A stretch of DNA of 64,000 nucleotides from Acidimicrobiales bacterium (GTDB lineage Bacteria > Actinomycetota > Acidimicrobiia > Acidimicrobiales > SZUA-35), in the NCBI GenBank assembly GCA_037968895.1, contig JBBKWJ010000117.1, positions 16,497 through 80,496 of the forward strand, given 5' to 3'. The position numbers and the translations under genes are program-made. This document shows, one piece after another, positions 19,593 to 28,819 of the stretch. The notes below the pieces were generated by a model, which had not been told where the DNA came from, did no database searches, and saw only the letters and a list, made by a program, of their open reading frames with translations. Positions within the stretch are counted from its first letter, which is position 1. Every line of letters begins with the position of its first letter.

Positions 19593-20729
19593 ATGTCTGT
19601 TCCCAAATTCGCAAAGGCCCCATCACTTATCACTATCGACCTTGGCCGCAACAGAGCAACTGGCAGCGTCGTTGCTTCCGATGGCTCAACGGAGCCATTG
19701 CGTGTCGAAGGTCGCGACGGTCTGACAGTTCGCTGTCTCGGCGACAGCGGACGGCGCACTGAGCGTTTCACCGATCGCCTCATTGAGTTGGTCGACCGCG
19801 ACGAATTCGCAGCGGCCAGCGACCTCGTCGCTGGCATCGCACGCGACCTGCTCGCTGGCTTCCCGGCTACAACCCCTGTTGTGATCGCAATCCCGGCGGC
19901 ATTCGGGCCGGTCTGCGAGTCTGCAGTCACCGCTGGGTTCTCACGGGTGGCGATTGTCGAGACGGTCGTTCGCCGCCCCGTCACGTCGCTGTCTTCGTGC
20001 CACGATCGTGGTCCCTCGCCCATCTTGGTCGTCCACAACGATGGCGGAGAAATCTCAGCGGTTGCGTTCGATAGCGCGAGCCACCGAGTCTTTCCTCCCG
20101 CGCCGCTAAGCACTGGGCCAGACGACTCACACGGTGCGGTCGCCAAGCGGCTCCACACCTACGTCCGTGACGTCGCCGCCCATCTGCCAACCAGCGAGAC
20201 CGTGATCGACGATGCGTGGATCGCAGTGGCGTCTAACTTCACGACCATCATGCTTTCGGGACCGGGCGCCTCGCACCCTTCATTTCAGTCCTTCATCGAC
20301 GATCAGTTTGGTCCGCTCGCAACCATCGTTACCGACCAACTACGCCCATCGGATGCCATTGTCCAGCTCGGGCCGCTGCATTCTCGGTGGGCTGCAGGAT
20401 GGCCTACAGCACAGCCTCATGTAGAGGACGACCGGCTACGGCTCCTCACGGAGTCAGGCGAGCCGTATCGGCTACGAATCGGCTCGCAACTTGCCACCGG
20501 AATCAAGGTTCCCGCCGACCTACGCTCGGGCACGCGACTCCGCACTCTGCCTGACGGTCGGCTTCTGCTGCTCGGCGCTGCCGGTCAACGGCCCTTGACG
20601 ATGAGGGTTCGATGGTCCCTCACGAGCGGAGCGCCAACCGACCTTGATATTGAGGCAATCGGGCGACGACCACTCGAGCTCGTTACAGCCACAAACGATC
20701 AACAACATCTAGCCACAGTTTCGTCGTAA
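19593..20729 (+). CDS. Hypothetical protein with degenerate Hsp70/actin-fold ATPase motifs
   Basis: ITIDLG, VVIAIPAAF, AGF, ILVVHNDGG, IMLSGPGASHP occur in Hsp70 order. GAGAGG precedes ATG 19593. Confidence 0.55.
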   Translation: MSVPKFAKAPSLITIDLGRNRATGSVVASDGSTEPLRVEGRDGLTVRCLGDSGRRTERFTDRLIELVDRDEFAAASDLVAGIARDLLAGFPATTPVVIAIPAAFGPVCESAVTAGFSRVAIVETVVRRPVTSLSSCHDRGPSPILVVHNDGGEISAVAFDSASHRVFPPAPLSTGPDDSHGAVAKRLHTYVRDVAAHLPTSETVIDDAWIAVASNFTTIMLSGPGASHPSFQSFIDDQFGPLATIVTDQLRPSDAIVQLGPLHSRWAAGWPTAQPHVEDDRLRLLTESGEPYRLRIGSQLATGIKVPADLRSGTRLRTLPDGRLLLLGAAGQRPLTMRVRWSLTSGAPTDLDIEAIGRRPLELVTATNDQQHLATVSS

Positions 20730-22032
20730 GACGAAGCGATTCGATATCGATTCGTTCGTTGTGACCATGAAAGCGACGCATGAACTCGCCGATGTCGATT
20801 TTGTTGCTCAGCAGCCCCGCCCCGAATGCGACGGTCCCCTTCTCTCGGAAGAATCGTGAGTCGGTTCCTCCGGTAACGATGCTCGGGATAATCGCGGCAT
20901 CGGGATAGGCGACGTGCATCGAGTCGTTCAGTGCAGTCCACAAGCTGTTGTCAATTGGCGACGAGGTCGCGGGACCATCTGAGATCGACTCGATATCAAC
21001 CCAGTCAATAGCGTCGCCGAGCGCCGTCCGCAGGTGCTCAAGAACGTCGTCGTAGGTTTCACCAGGCAGCGTGCGGATGTCGATCTCAACGACGACCTTG
21101 TCAGGAATCACGTTTGTCTTCACGCCGCCATGTACGACGTTAGGGCTGAAGGTGGTGTGAGCGCAGGCGTGGCTAACACTGGCGAACGCAGGCGGCAAGT
21201 CCGCTAGCGCATCGTTGAGCGCAGCCGGATCGAGCAGCTTCTTCGTGAGGTCATCGGGGAAACCCATGGCCAAGATACGGGCCGCCCACAGCTCATCCAG
21301 CTGAGGCTTCGGTGTGTACGCCGCGATGCGGCGAACCACTTCAGCCGCCTTAACGAGCGCGTTGTCGGTCCCGTATGGCATCGAGCCATGGCCCGGGGTG
21401 CCCTTTACGGTGATCTTGGTCCACGCCACACCCTTCTCGGCCGTTGTCACCATCAAGGTGGTGCCATTCGGCGAATGAAGAGGAATGCCACCAAACTCAG
21501 TGAGCACGTAGTCGCAGCGCAGCGCGTCCCACTCGGTATCGATCAGCACCTTCGCCCCGTGTACGCCGCCGGCTTCTTCGTCGGCAACCCCGAAGTAGAT
21601 GATGTCGCCGGGGTAGCGCTGGCCTGAGGTCACGATGTGGCGAAAGGCGACGGCCATCGATGACGTGAGGTTAAGCATGTCGACCGCGCCGCGCCCCCAA
21701 ATCTCGTCGCCGACAAGCTCGCCGCCGAACGGATCTCGGTCCCAGCCCTCAGGTGACACGGGCACCACGTCGGTGTGGCCCATCAGGCACAGCGATGGCG
21801 CCGTCTTGTCGGTGCCCTCGTAGCGGGCGATGAGGCTCGTCCGATTGGGGGTTGGCTCGAAGGTTTGGATGTCGACGCCCGTCCCCTCAAGCTCGTGCAG
21901 GAGGAGCTTGGCACTGACCTCCTCATTGCCAGACTCAGGGCGACCGTCGTTTACACACTGGTTGCGGATGAGCTGCTGGAGAAGGTCGACGGTTTCGTTT
22001 GTAAGGCGGTCAAGAGTCGAGGCGTCGGTCAT
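20683..22032 (-). CDS. M20/M25/M40 metallopeptidase (ArgE/DapE-like)
   Basis: GHTDVVP, GRGAVDM, ADEEAGG, GHGSMP, NVIP, GGTDSR, HGHNERI. Confidence 0.93.
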   Translation of the reverse strand: MTDASTLDRLTNETVDLLQQLIRNQCVNDGRPESGNEEVSAKLLLHELEGTGVDIQTFEPTPNRTSLIARYEGTDKTAPSLCLMGHTDVVPVSPEGWDRDPFGGELVGDEIWGRGAVDMLNLTSSMAVAFRHIVTSGQRYPGDIIYFGVADEEAGGVHGAKVLIDTEWDALRCDYVLTEFGGIPLHSPNGTTLMVTTAEKGVAWTKITVKGTPGHGSMPYGTDNALVKAAEVVRRIAAYTPKPQLDELWAARILAMGFPDDLTKKLLDPAALNDALADLPPAFASVSHACAHTTFSPNVVHGGVKTNVIPDKVVVEIDIRTLPGETYDDVLEHLRTALGDAIDWVDIESISDGPATSSPIDNSLWTALNDSMHVAYPDAAIIPSIVTGGTDSRFFREKGTVAFGAGLLSNKIDIGEFMRRFHGHNERIDIESLRLTTKLWLDVVDRLWL

Positions 22033-22049
22033 GACGCGACCTTACACGC

Positions 22050-22083
22050 GCGAACGGTTCGGGGAAATCCCCGAACCGTTCGC
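22050..22083. repeat. REP-like perfect palindrome, copy 2
   Basis: GCGAACGGTTCGGGGA-aa-TCCCCGAACCGTTCGC. Confidence 0.8.
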
Positions 22084-22110
22084 AACACGAGTAGTCAGTT
22101 GTGGCTGCAG

Positions 22111-23076
22111 CTATCGGGCTTTCAGAGCCTCGATGAGTGCAGGCATGACCTTGTGGACGTCGCCAATGATGCCGAGATCGGCGATACCGAAGATCGGTGC
22201 CTCGGCATCCTTGTTGATGGCGATGATGTTCTTTGAACCCTTCATGCCAACAAGGTGCTGAGTGGCGCCCGAGATACCAGCGGCGATGTAGATGTCTGGC
22301 TTCACGACCTTGCCGGTCTGGCCAACCTGCTGGGAGTATGGAACCCAGCCGGCGTCGACGATGGCACGAGATGCGCCAGCCGCTCCGCCAAGGAGCTTGG
22401 CCAGATCGTCGATCATTGCGAACTTCTCGGCCTCGCCGAGTCCACGGCCACCGGAAACGACAATTCTTGCTTCGTCGAGCTTTGGTCCGTCAGACTCTTC
22501 GATGTGTCGGTTGGTCACGATTGCGCCGCCGGCGCCATCGAGATCGGGCACGTCGAGGTCTTCAACAGCGGCCTCGCCGCCATCGACCGACTCAGGCTGG
22601 AACGACTTAGGCCGCGCAACCATGATGAATGGGCCTTCGCCGACAAACTTGGTCTTGATGTCGGTTGCGCCACCGAAGATTGGCTCAGTGCCAACGAGTG
22701 CGTCGCCATCGAGTTCGATGTCGACCACATTGGTGATGACCGTGCGGTCGAGCCGCACCGACAGGTGAGCGGCAACGTCGCGGCCGTCGTACGAGCTCGC
22801 ACAGAACACGGCGTCTGGCCCGTCACCGGCATCGACTGCAGCCGCAATAGCGGCGGCGACAGGGACGCCAACAAGGGCGCCGTCTAGATCGCCAGTGGCG
22901 AAGACCGTTTCGGCGCCATACGCACCGGCGGCTTCGGCGATGTCGTCGCCATCGCCGGCGTAGACGCAGGCAACGGTGTCGGCGAGGTTACGAGCCTTGG
23001 TGATGAGTTCGAGTGTGGCAGAGGTGAGTTCGCCAGCTTCAGCTTCGGCGTAAACCCAGATGGTATCGAGTGTCAT
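22111..23076 (-). CDS. etfA: Electron transfer flavoprotein alpha subunit
   Basis: VVSGGRG, GASRAIVDAGW, QVGQTGK, GISGATQH, AINKD.EAPIF. Confidence 0.96.
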   Translation of the reverse strand: MTLDTIWVYAEAEAGELTSATLELITKARNLADTVACVYAGDGDDIAEAAGAYGAETVFATGDLDGALVGVPVAAAIAAAVDAGDGPDAVFCASSYDGRDVAAHLSVRLDRTVITNVVDIELDGDALVGTEPIFGGATDIKTKFVGEGPFIMVARPKSFQPESVDGGEAAVEDLDVPDLDGAGGAIVTNRHIEESDGPKLDEARIVVSGGRGLGEAEKFAMIDDLAKLLGGAAGASRAIVDAGWVPYSQQVGQTGKVVKPDIYIAAGISGATQHLVGMKGSKNIIAINKDAEAPIFGIADLGIIGDVHKVMPALIEALKAR

Positions 23077-23093
23077 AATAATCGTCCCTTCGC

Positions 23094-23873
23094 TCAGATG
23101 GCCTTGAGGGCTTCGAGCATCGCAACGATCTTGAGGTACCCCTCGCCGTCGTCTTCGATGATGTCGCCGGCTTCGCGGACAGGCGCAACGGCCACGTCGA
23201 CGATTTCCTGATTTGATCCTGCCCAGCCAACCGAGTCGGCAGCAAAGCCGAGATCGGCGGTGGTCTTCTCGTCGACGGGCTTTGACTTCGCAGCCATGAT
23301 GCCTTTGAACGAGGGGTAGCGAGGCTCAACCACGCCAGCGGTCACCGAGATGACGGCAGGCATTGGGCATTCGACCTCGTCGTAGCCACCATCGGTCTGA
23401 CGCTGCACCTTGAGCGTGCTGCCATCAACCTCGACGGCCTTGGCTGCGGTGACAGAGGGGATTCCGAGAACGGCTGCGAGCTGTGCTGGCACCGTGCCCG
23501 TGTAGCCGTCGGAGCTTTCCGAACCAGCAATGATGAGGTCGGCGCCCTGGTCTTTAATGGCAGCACCAAGAATCTTGGCGGTGGTGAGTGCATCGGATCC
23601 GATGAGTTCGGGATCGCTCACGAGCACCGCGGATGCCGCACCCATCGCAAGCGCAGTTGCCAATCCGGAACGTTCTCCGTTTGGCGCCATTGAGACGAGC
23701 GTGACCTCACCTCCTCCCGCCGTATCAACGAGCTGGAGAGCCATTTCGACACCATAGCTGTCAGATTCATCCAGAATCAGCTTGACGTCCCTCTTCAGGG
23801 TTCGTGTTTCGGGGTCCAAGACGCCAGGATCAGCTGGGTCCGGGATCTGTTTTACGCAGACGACGACCTTCAT
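23094..23873 (-). CDS. etfB: Electron transfer flavoprotein beta subunit
   Basis: MKVVVCVKQIPD, ALAMGA, G..SSDG.TG, EPRYPSFKGIMAAK. True start is ATG 23873. Confidence 0.96.
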   Translation of the reverse strand: MKVVVCVKQIPDPADPGVLDPETRTLKRDVKLILDESDSYGVEMALQLVDTAGGGEVTLVSMAPNGERSGLATALAMGAASAVLVSDPELIGSDALTTAKILGAAIKDQGADLIIAGSESSDGYTGTVPAQLAAVLGIPSVTAAKAVEVDGSTLKVQRQTDGGYDEVECPMPAVISVTAGVVEPRYPSFKGIMAAKSKPVDEKTTADLGFAADSVGWAGSNQEIVDVAVAPVREAGDIIEDDGEGYLKIVAMLEALKAI

Positions 23874-23976
23874 AGGGGCACATCGTAGATGGTTTCTTGA
23901 CCGTCCGGTCAAATGGTTCGGCTGTGAAATTTGTCCCTTGGCCAATTCAGGCCTCTGCATAGGCCACACTGGGGTC

Positions 23977-24918
23977 GTGAAGCTGGCCCTCCTTGTTAAT
24001 CCTGTGGCGTCTTCGGTCTCTGGCCGAGACCTTGTCCTATTGAAGAAGGTGCTCGGCAAAGACCACGAACTTGTCGTGCACGAGACCAGCCGGCAGGGTC
24101 ATGCGACGCGATTGGCCCATCGCTCGTATCGCGAGGGCGCCGACGCAGTGTTCACCCTGGGTGGTGATGGCACTATCAACGAAGCCGCAAACGGCCTGCT
24201 CGACACCCCATGCCCGGTCGCACCGCTGCCAGGCGGCTCGACCAACGTCTTCGCACGCGCCATCGGCTACCCAAACAACGCCGTCGCCGCAGCCAGTCTG
24301 GCCCTGGCCGCGCTAGAGACCGGTTCGATCATCAGGGCCGGCGTCGGCATGGCCGACGACCGTGCCTTCCTCTTTCATGTGGGCGCTGGCTTCGACGCCG
24401 CCGTCGTCAACCAGGTCGAGTCGCGCGGCACGATGAAACGGATTGCGGGACATCCATGGTTCCTGGCCTGTGCGGTGTCGACGTGGCTGAAGCAATCACG
24501 GTTAAAGGACGGCTTTGCCGCCGACTTTTCTGACGGCACCCACCTCGACGGCTTACGCCTCGCCGTGACGCTAAATACGAATCCATACACGTTCCTCGGC
24601 GATCGCCCTCTCGATCTCGCTCCCGAAGCCACTCTCACCTCAGAACTGAGCGTGGTAGCACTTTCATCCCTCTCGCTAAATCGTTTGCTTCCTGCGGCGA
24701 AGCTCGCATTGTTCCCCGACGACGAGGGGCTCCCAAACCGCGGCGCGCTCCACCACCTCCGCGATATCACCTCGGTCACCTACAGCGGCACGACGCCATT
24801 CCGCTACCAGCTCGATGGCGAGCCACACTCGCCAGTCAATTCGCTCACGGTCAGCTATCGGCCTGACGCGCTCTCGGTTGTCGTCCCCGCGAAACCCGCA
24901 GAAGTCCGGCCGTCCTAA
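23977..24918 (+). CDS. Diacylglycerol/lipid kinase family protein
   Basis: LLVNP, GGDGTINE, LPGGSTNVFAR, GFDA, QLDGE. Confidence 0.92.
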   Translation: MKLALLVNPVASSVSGRDLVLLKKVLGKDHELVVHETSRQGHATRLAHRSYREGADAVFTLGGDGTINEAANGLLDTPCPVAPLPGGSTNVFARAIGYPNNAVAAASLALAALETGSIIRAGVGMADDRAFLFHVGAGFDAAVVNQVESRGTMKRIAGHPWFLACAVSTWLKQSRLKDGFAADFSDGTHLDGLRLAVTLNTNPYTFLGDRPLDLAPEATLTSELSVVALSSLSLNRLLPAAKLALFPDDEGLPNRGALHHLRDITSVTYSGTTPFRYQLDGEPHSPVNSLTVSYRPDALSVVVPAKPAEVRPS

Positions 24919-25637
24919 TTCTCGGCCAAAATCCTGACGCCAAGAGCCGGATCGTTTGTGACGATGCCGTCAACCCCGAGGGCGATGAGCTCGGCCATTC
25001 GCTTCGGATCATCGACGGTCCACACATTGACAGCCAGGCCCGCCTCATGGGCCATCCGAACAAACGAAGCGTCAACCATGGCGTCGTGGGGATTGATCGC
25101 ATTGAATTCGTGCGACTTCGCTCGATCGATAAGCATGGCCGGGTTGGCTTGGCCCCAGACCAGCCAGCCAAGAGGAATTGACGGATCGACGTCTCGAATA
25201 CTGAGCAGGCTCTGGAAATCAAACGACGAGACCAACACTCGGTCAGCCGCATCGAACGCAGCCACCAGAGCAGCAACCCCGACCGAGATACCCATCTCGG
25301 CGTCATAGTCTGGGTCGGTGGGATGGTTCTTGACCTCGATATTGACCCAGGCGTCGCCGATGGCCTCTAACGCGTCGGCGAGCGTCGGCACGAACGAAGG
25401 AAGCTGGTCGGCGTTGAGACTGAATACCAAACGCCCATCGGCCAGTTGTGCGTCGTGGTGGATCACGAGCACGTTGTCGGCGCTCCGCCGCACATCGAGC
25501 TCTATGCCTCCCGCACCAACAGCAACCGCTTCTCGGAAGGCCTCGACCGTGTTCTCTTGGTGAGTAGAGGAAGCGCCGCGATGAGCGACGATGCGCGGTC
25601 GCGCCGGACTATTCAGTGGGTTCTCGGCAGCTGACAT
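24915..25637 (-). CDS. Glycerophosphodiester phosphodiesterase
   Basis: AHRGAS, ENT, ELDV, HHD, NIEVK, SSF, VWTVD, DGIVTN. Start uncertain. Confidence 0.92.
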   Translation of the reverse strand: MSAAENPLNSPARPRIVAHRGASSTHQENTVEAFREAVAVGAGGIELDVRRSADNVLVIHHDAQLADGRLVFSLNADQLPSFVPTLADALEAIGDAWVNIEVKNHPTDPDYDAEMGISVGVAALVAAFDAADRVLVSSFDFQSLLSIRDVDPSIPLGWLVWGQANPAMLIDRAKSHEFNAINPHDAMVDASFVRMAHEAGLAVNVWTVDDPKRMAELIALGVDGIVTNDPALGVRILAEN

Positions 25638-25894
25638 CGCATCATTCTGCCCCACATTTGCCTTTGGCATTGGATTTTCAGATTCGGGCCATCGGTCGGA
25701 AACCGAATCTTCATAAAAATTTCTGTTGAACTTCAAAGTAACTCTTTACGGGCTTCAAAGTAGTTGATACTGTCACTGCGTCCCGCTGATTGCCTCTTGA
25801 ACTCCTGGTTCCCCTTGATTTCATGTGCAAGACGCGGCACAACGGACCGCTGGGTGCGAGCACCAAGATCTTCACAAGGGAGTGTTGAGAGCAG

Positions 25895-26248
25895 ATGACA
25901 ATGGCTGAATCGTGGGAAACCAGACCGGCGGAACCGAAACTCTTTGAACGGATTGCCCGTCGTGTGGCCGAACGCCCAGACATGCCGATCGATACATCGT
26001 GGCGCGTTGTCGCCTCCTGCAGCGATACCGATCCAGACCTCTTCTTCCCAATCGGGACAACTGGCTCGGCGCTGGTTCAGATCGACGAGGCGAAGGCCGT
26101 TTGTATGGGATGCGCAGCTCAGACTCCGTGTCTCGAGTTCGCTCTCCTGACCAACCAAGACTCCGGTATCTGGGGCGGCACGTCAGAAGAAGACCGTCGC
26201 CACCTGCGCCGAACCTTCATTGGGCGTCGACGTAGCCGACTCGTATAG
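25895..26248 (+). CDS. whiB1: WhiB1-like transcriptional regulator
   Basis: WR..A.C.D.DPDLFFPIGTTG.AL.QI..AK.VC..C....CLEFAL.TNQDSGIWGG.SEEDRR. Start may be 25895, 25901 or 25982. Confidence 0.88.
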   Translation: MTMAESWETRPAEPKLFERIARRVAERPDMPIDTSWRVVASCSDTDPDLFFPIGTTGSALVQIDEAKAVCMGCAAQTPCLEFALLTNQDSGIWGGTSEEDRRHLRRTFIGRRRSRLV

Positions 26249-26273
26249 CTCTCGTTCTGTCTCGCGAGCGCAG

Positions 26274-27755
26274 CTAGTCTGCGTCGAGTGGCACGAGCAA
26301 CTCAGCAACGGTGCCAGAGGTGCCGCTTGCTGATGGCCGCATTGAAAGCGTTGCTCTCAGTTCACCGGAGGCAAGCGTTCGCACAATCGTGAGGCCAAGG
26401 CCGTCAGATGTTGCGAGGTCGAAGTCGGGCGCGAGCCCGACGCCATCATCGTGCACCCTAATGGCCAATTCGTCTGGCGAATTGAGCAGCTCAACCACGA
26501 TCTGACCGCCAGCCGAGCCTGGTGGGAATCCGTGCTCGACCGCATTCTGAAGTAGCTCGGTGGTGATCACGGCGAGCGATGACGCCTTCGCCGCCGAGAT
26601 AGTCGGCCCATTACCAACCAGCCGAACGCGCACGGGGCGCTCCGGCGAGGTGAGCGTTTGCTCGACCATCTCGACAATTGGCTGCACGACATCGCTGAAG
26701 ATGACCTGGTCGCCTCCCTCGCGCGACAAGATTTCGTGCACGAGAGCGATCGAGCGGATTCGGCGCACCGACTCGTCGATTGCGGCCTTTGCTTCGGCCG
26801 ACGCCAGGCGACGTCCTTGTAGCCGCAACAACGACGAAACGGTTTGGAGATTATTTTTAACTCGATGATGAATCTCTCGTATCGAGGCGTCCATCGAAAC
26901 AATCAGGCGATCAGCAACCCGTATTTCTGACACATCACGGAGCAGCACGAGCGCTCCGTCGACTCCGTCGTTCTTTATCAGTGGAAGTACCCGGGCCGAA
27001 ATCGTGACTGCGGTGCCCCGTTCGACCTCTTCGGTGACGGGCACTCGGAGCCGAAAGGCCGTCCGAACAACGTCGCCGCCGAAGCCGAGATCGGTGATGC
27101 TGCGCCCGTTGGCATTGGCTTGATAGCCGACCCTATGCAACGCAGACACCGCGTTTGGTGAGGCGTAGACGACTCGGCCATCACGATCGAGCACCATGGT
27201 GCCGTCGCCTACTCGCGGCCAGTCTTCGCCTCGGCCGCCCTCATCTGGATACGGAAACTTGCCATCAACGATCATCGTCGCGAACCGTTGAAACACACCA
27301 AGATAGGTCCGCTCCAAGTCACCGTTTGGTCGTGAACCAAGCCGAGGGCTTTCCGTCGTAAGAACGCCGATGATGCCACCAGGCTGTTCGGACCCGTCAC
27401 GACGAATTGGGATCGCGGTCACATTGGCGACCTGACCAGGCACGAGAAGCTCGACCTCTCGCTCGACCACCCGGCCCGTACGAAATGCTTCGCCGACCAG
27501 AGCCCGCTCGTCTTGATCGACAAAGCGGCCCACCTGATCGTGTTGATAGAGGGTCTGAGCCGTTGTGGGCCTGATCTGGTCAACAATGACGAAGCGATCG
27601 CGACCCTCAAACGGCCGCGTAGGCACAAAGAGCAAGAGGTCGGCGAAGCACAAGTCGGCCAAGACTCCCCAGGCTCGAGCGAGGCGTCGAAGGTGCGCCC
27701 GATCGAGGCTGTCGAGGTCGGTGTGTTGGGCGACGAGTTCGCTCAGGCCCGCCAT
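26274..27755 (-). CDS. pdtaS: PdtaS-like cytoplasmic sensor histidine kinase (GAF-PAS-HisKA_2-HATPase)
   Basis: W..LADL.FADLLL, RPTT, PRVGDG, SPNA.SA, EIHHRVKNNLQ, ELLQNAVEHG, DDGVG, GLGL; no TM segment. Confidence 0.88.
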   Translation of the reverse strand: MAGLSELVAQHTDLDSLDRAHLRRLARAWGVLADLCFADLLLFVPTRPFEGRDRFVIVDQIRPTTAQTLYQHDQVGRFVDQDERALVGEAFRTGRVVEREVELLVPGQVANVTAIPIRRDGSEQPGGIIGVLTTESPRLGSRPNGDLERTYLGVFQRFATMIVDGKFPYPDEGGRGEDWPRVGDGTMVLDRDGRVVYASPNAVSALHRVGYQANANGRSITDLGFGGDVVRTAFRLRVPVTEEVERGTAVTISARVLPLIKNDGVDGALVLLRDVSEIRVADRLIVSMDASIREIHHRVKNNLQTVSSLLRLQGRRLASAEAKAAIDESVRRIRSIALVHEILSREGGDQVIFSDVVQPIVEMVEQTLTSPERPVRVRLVGNGPTISAAKASSLAVITTELLQNAVEHGFPPGSAGGQIVVELLNSPDELAIRVHDDGVGLAPDFDLATSDGLGLTIVRTLASGELRATLSMRPSASGTSGTVAELLVPLDAD

Positions 27756-27769
27756 CGGCTACTGCCTCC

Positions 27770-28819
27770 TCATGGGGCGCCGATTGGCCCGAACAACTCG
27801 GCCAGGCCAACTGTTGAAGTGACTGCGTCTGGCCGCCACTCGACTACCGCCGACTGGTCGCTATGAGACTCATCGGCTGCCTGAGCGACGAGAGCCTCAA
27901 GCTCACTCCGTAACGACGGCTCCTTGGTCCCCTTGACGAGATCTTCGGGGCTCAGGTTGAGCAGTGAGGGAGGGAGCGCTCGGTTGGTGATCACGATCGG
28001 CGCATCGTTGCCACGGGCCGCGAGCTCGACAATTAGCTCGTCGGCCCTGGCTCGCTGGCTTGGGTCGGATGTGCGGATGACCACATACTCCGTCGACTCG
28101 TCTGTGAGTATCTCTTGGACTCCCTCAACCCGTTTGACGAAGCCCCGACGCAGCTTTGAGAACATCCAGAAAAACTCGGCCATCTCGCGAACAAACCTGG
28201 CCCCGAGCAGCCGATCAGCGACTAGTAGGAACGGTTTCGCTGCGATCTGGCCCATCCGCGACCGGTATGGGGCGATTAGCCACTTAAGCAGCCACGAGTC
28301 GAAGAATTGGATCATACGGCCGGGAGCATCGAGAATATCGAGCACATGTACCGATGGCGGAGTGTCAACAACGACCAGGTCAATCGGTCGGCTTGGGTCG
28401 TTTGCGATGCTGACAAGGTGATCGAGCGCGATGTAGTCGTGACTCTGGGCGAAACGGGTGGTAAGCGTGCGATACAACGGGTTGGCCAGGAGCTCATGAG
28501 CAAGTTTCGGATCGGGCGCAGTGTCGCGAACTAGGTCATCCCATGAGCGAGACATGTCGACGAGGTAGGCCCAGAGTCGGCCATCCCCCTGCTCGAGCGG
28601 CACTTCGGTCGGCTCGGTGTGCGTGGCAGAGTCGATTCCGAACATTTCAGCGAGACGCTTCGATGGGTCGACGGTGACGACAAGCACTTGTCTCCCATCG
28701 ACCATGGCCGCCCTTGCGGCTAACGCCGCACTCATGGTGGTCTTGCCGACGCCGCCGGGGCCGACAACAATCAGCACTTTCGCAGTAGAGAGTGCATCGT
28801 CAATCGACGACTCGGTCAC
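27770..28819 (-). CDS. ArsA/Get3-like ATPase
   Basis: GPGGVGKTT, TVDP.KRLA, VVDTPP, LDAP. Confidence 0.9.
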   Translation of the reverse strand: MTESSIDDALSTAKVLIVVGPGGVGKTTMSAALAARAAMVDGRQVLVVTVDPSKRLAEMFGIDSATHTEPTEVPLEQGDGRLWAYLVDMSRSWDDLVRDTAPDPKLAHELLANPLYRTLTTRFAQSHDYIALDHLVSIANDPSRPIDLVVVDTPPSVHVLDILDAPGRMIQFFDSWLLKWLIAPYRSRMGQIAAKPFLLVADRLLGARFVREMAEFFWMFSKLRRGFVKRVEGVQEILTDESTEYVVIRTSDPSQRARADELIVELAARGNDAPIVITNRALPPSLLNLSPEDLVKGTKEPSLRSELEALVAQAADESHSDQSAVVEWRPDAVTSTVGLAELFGPIGAP

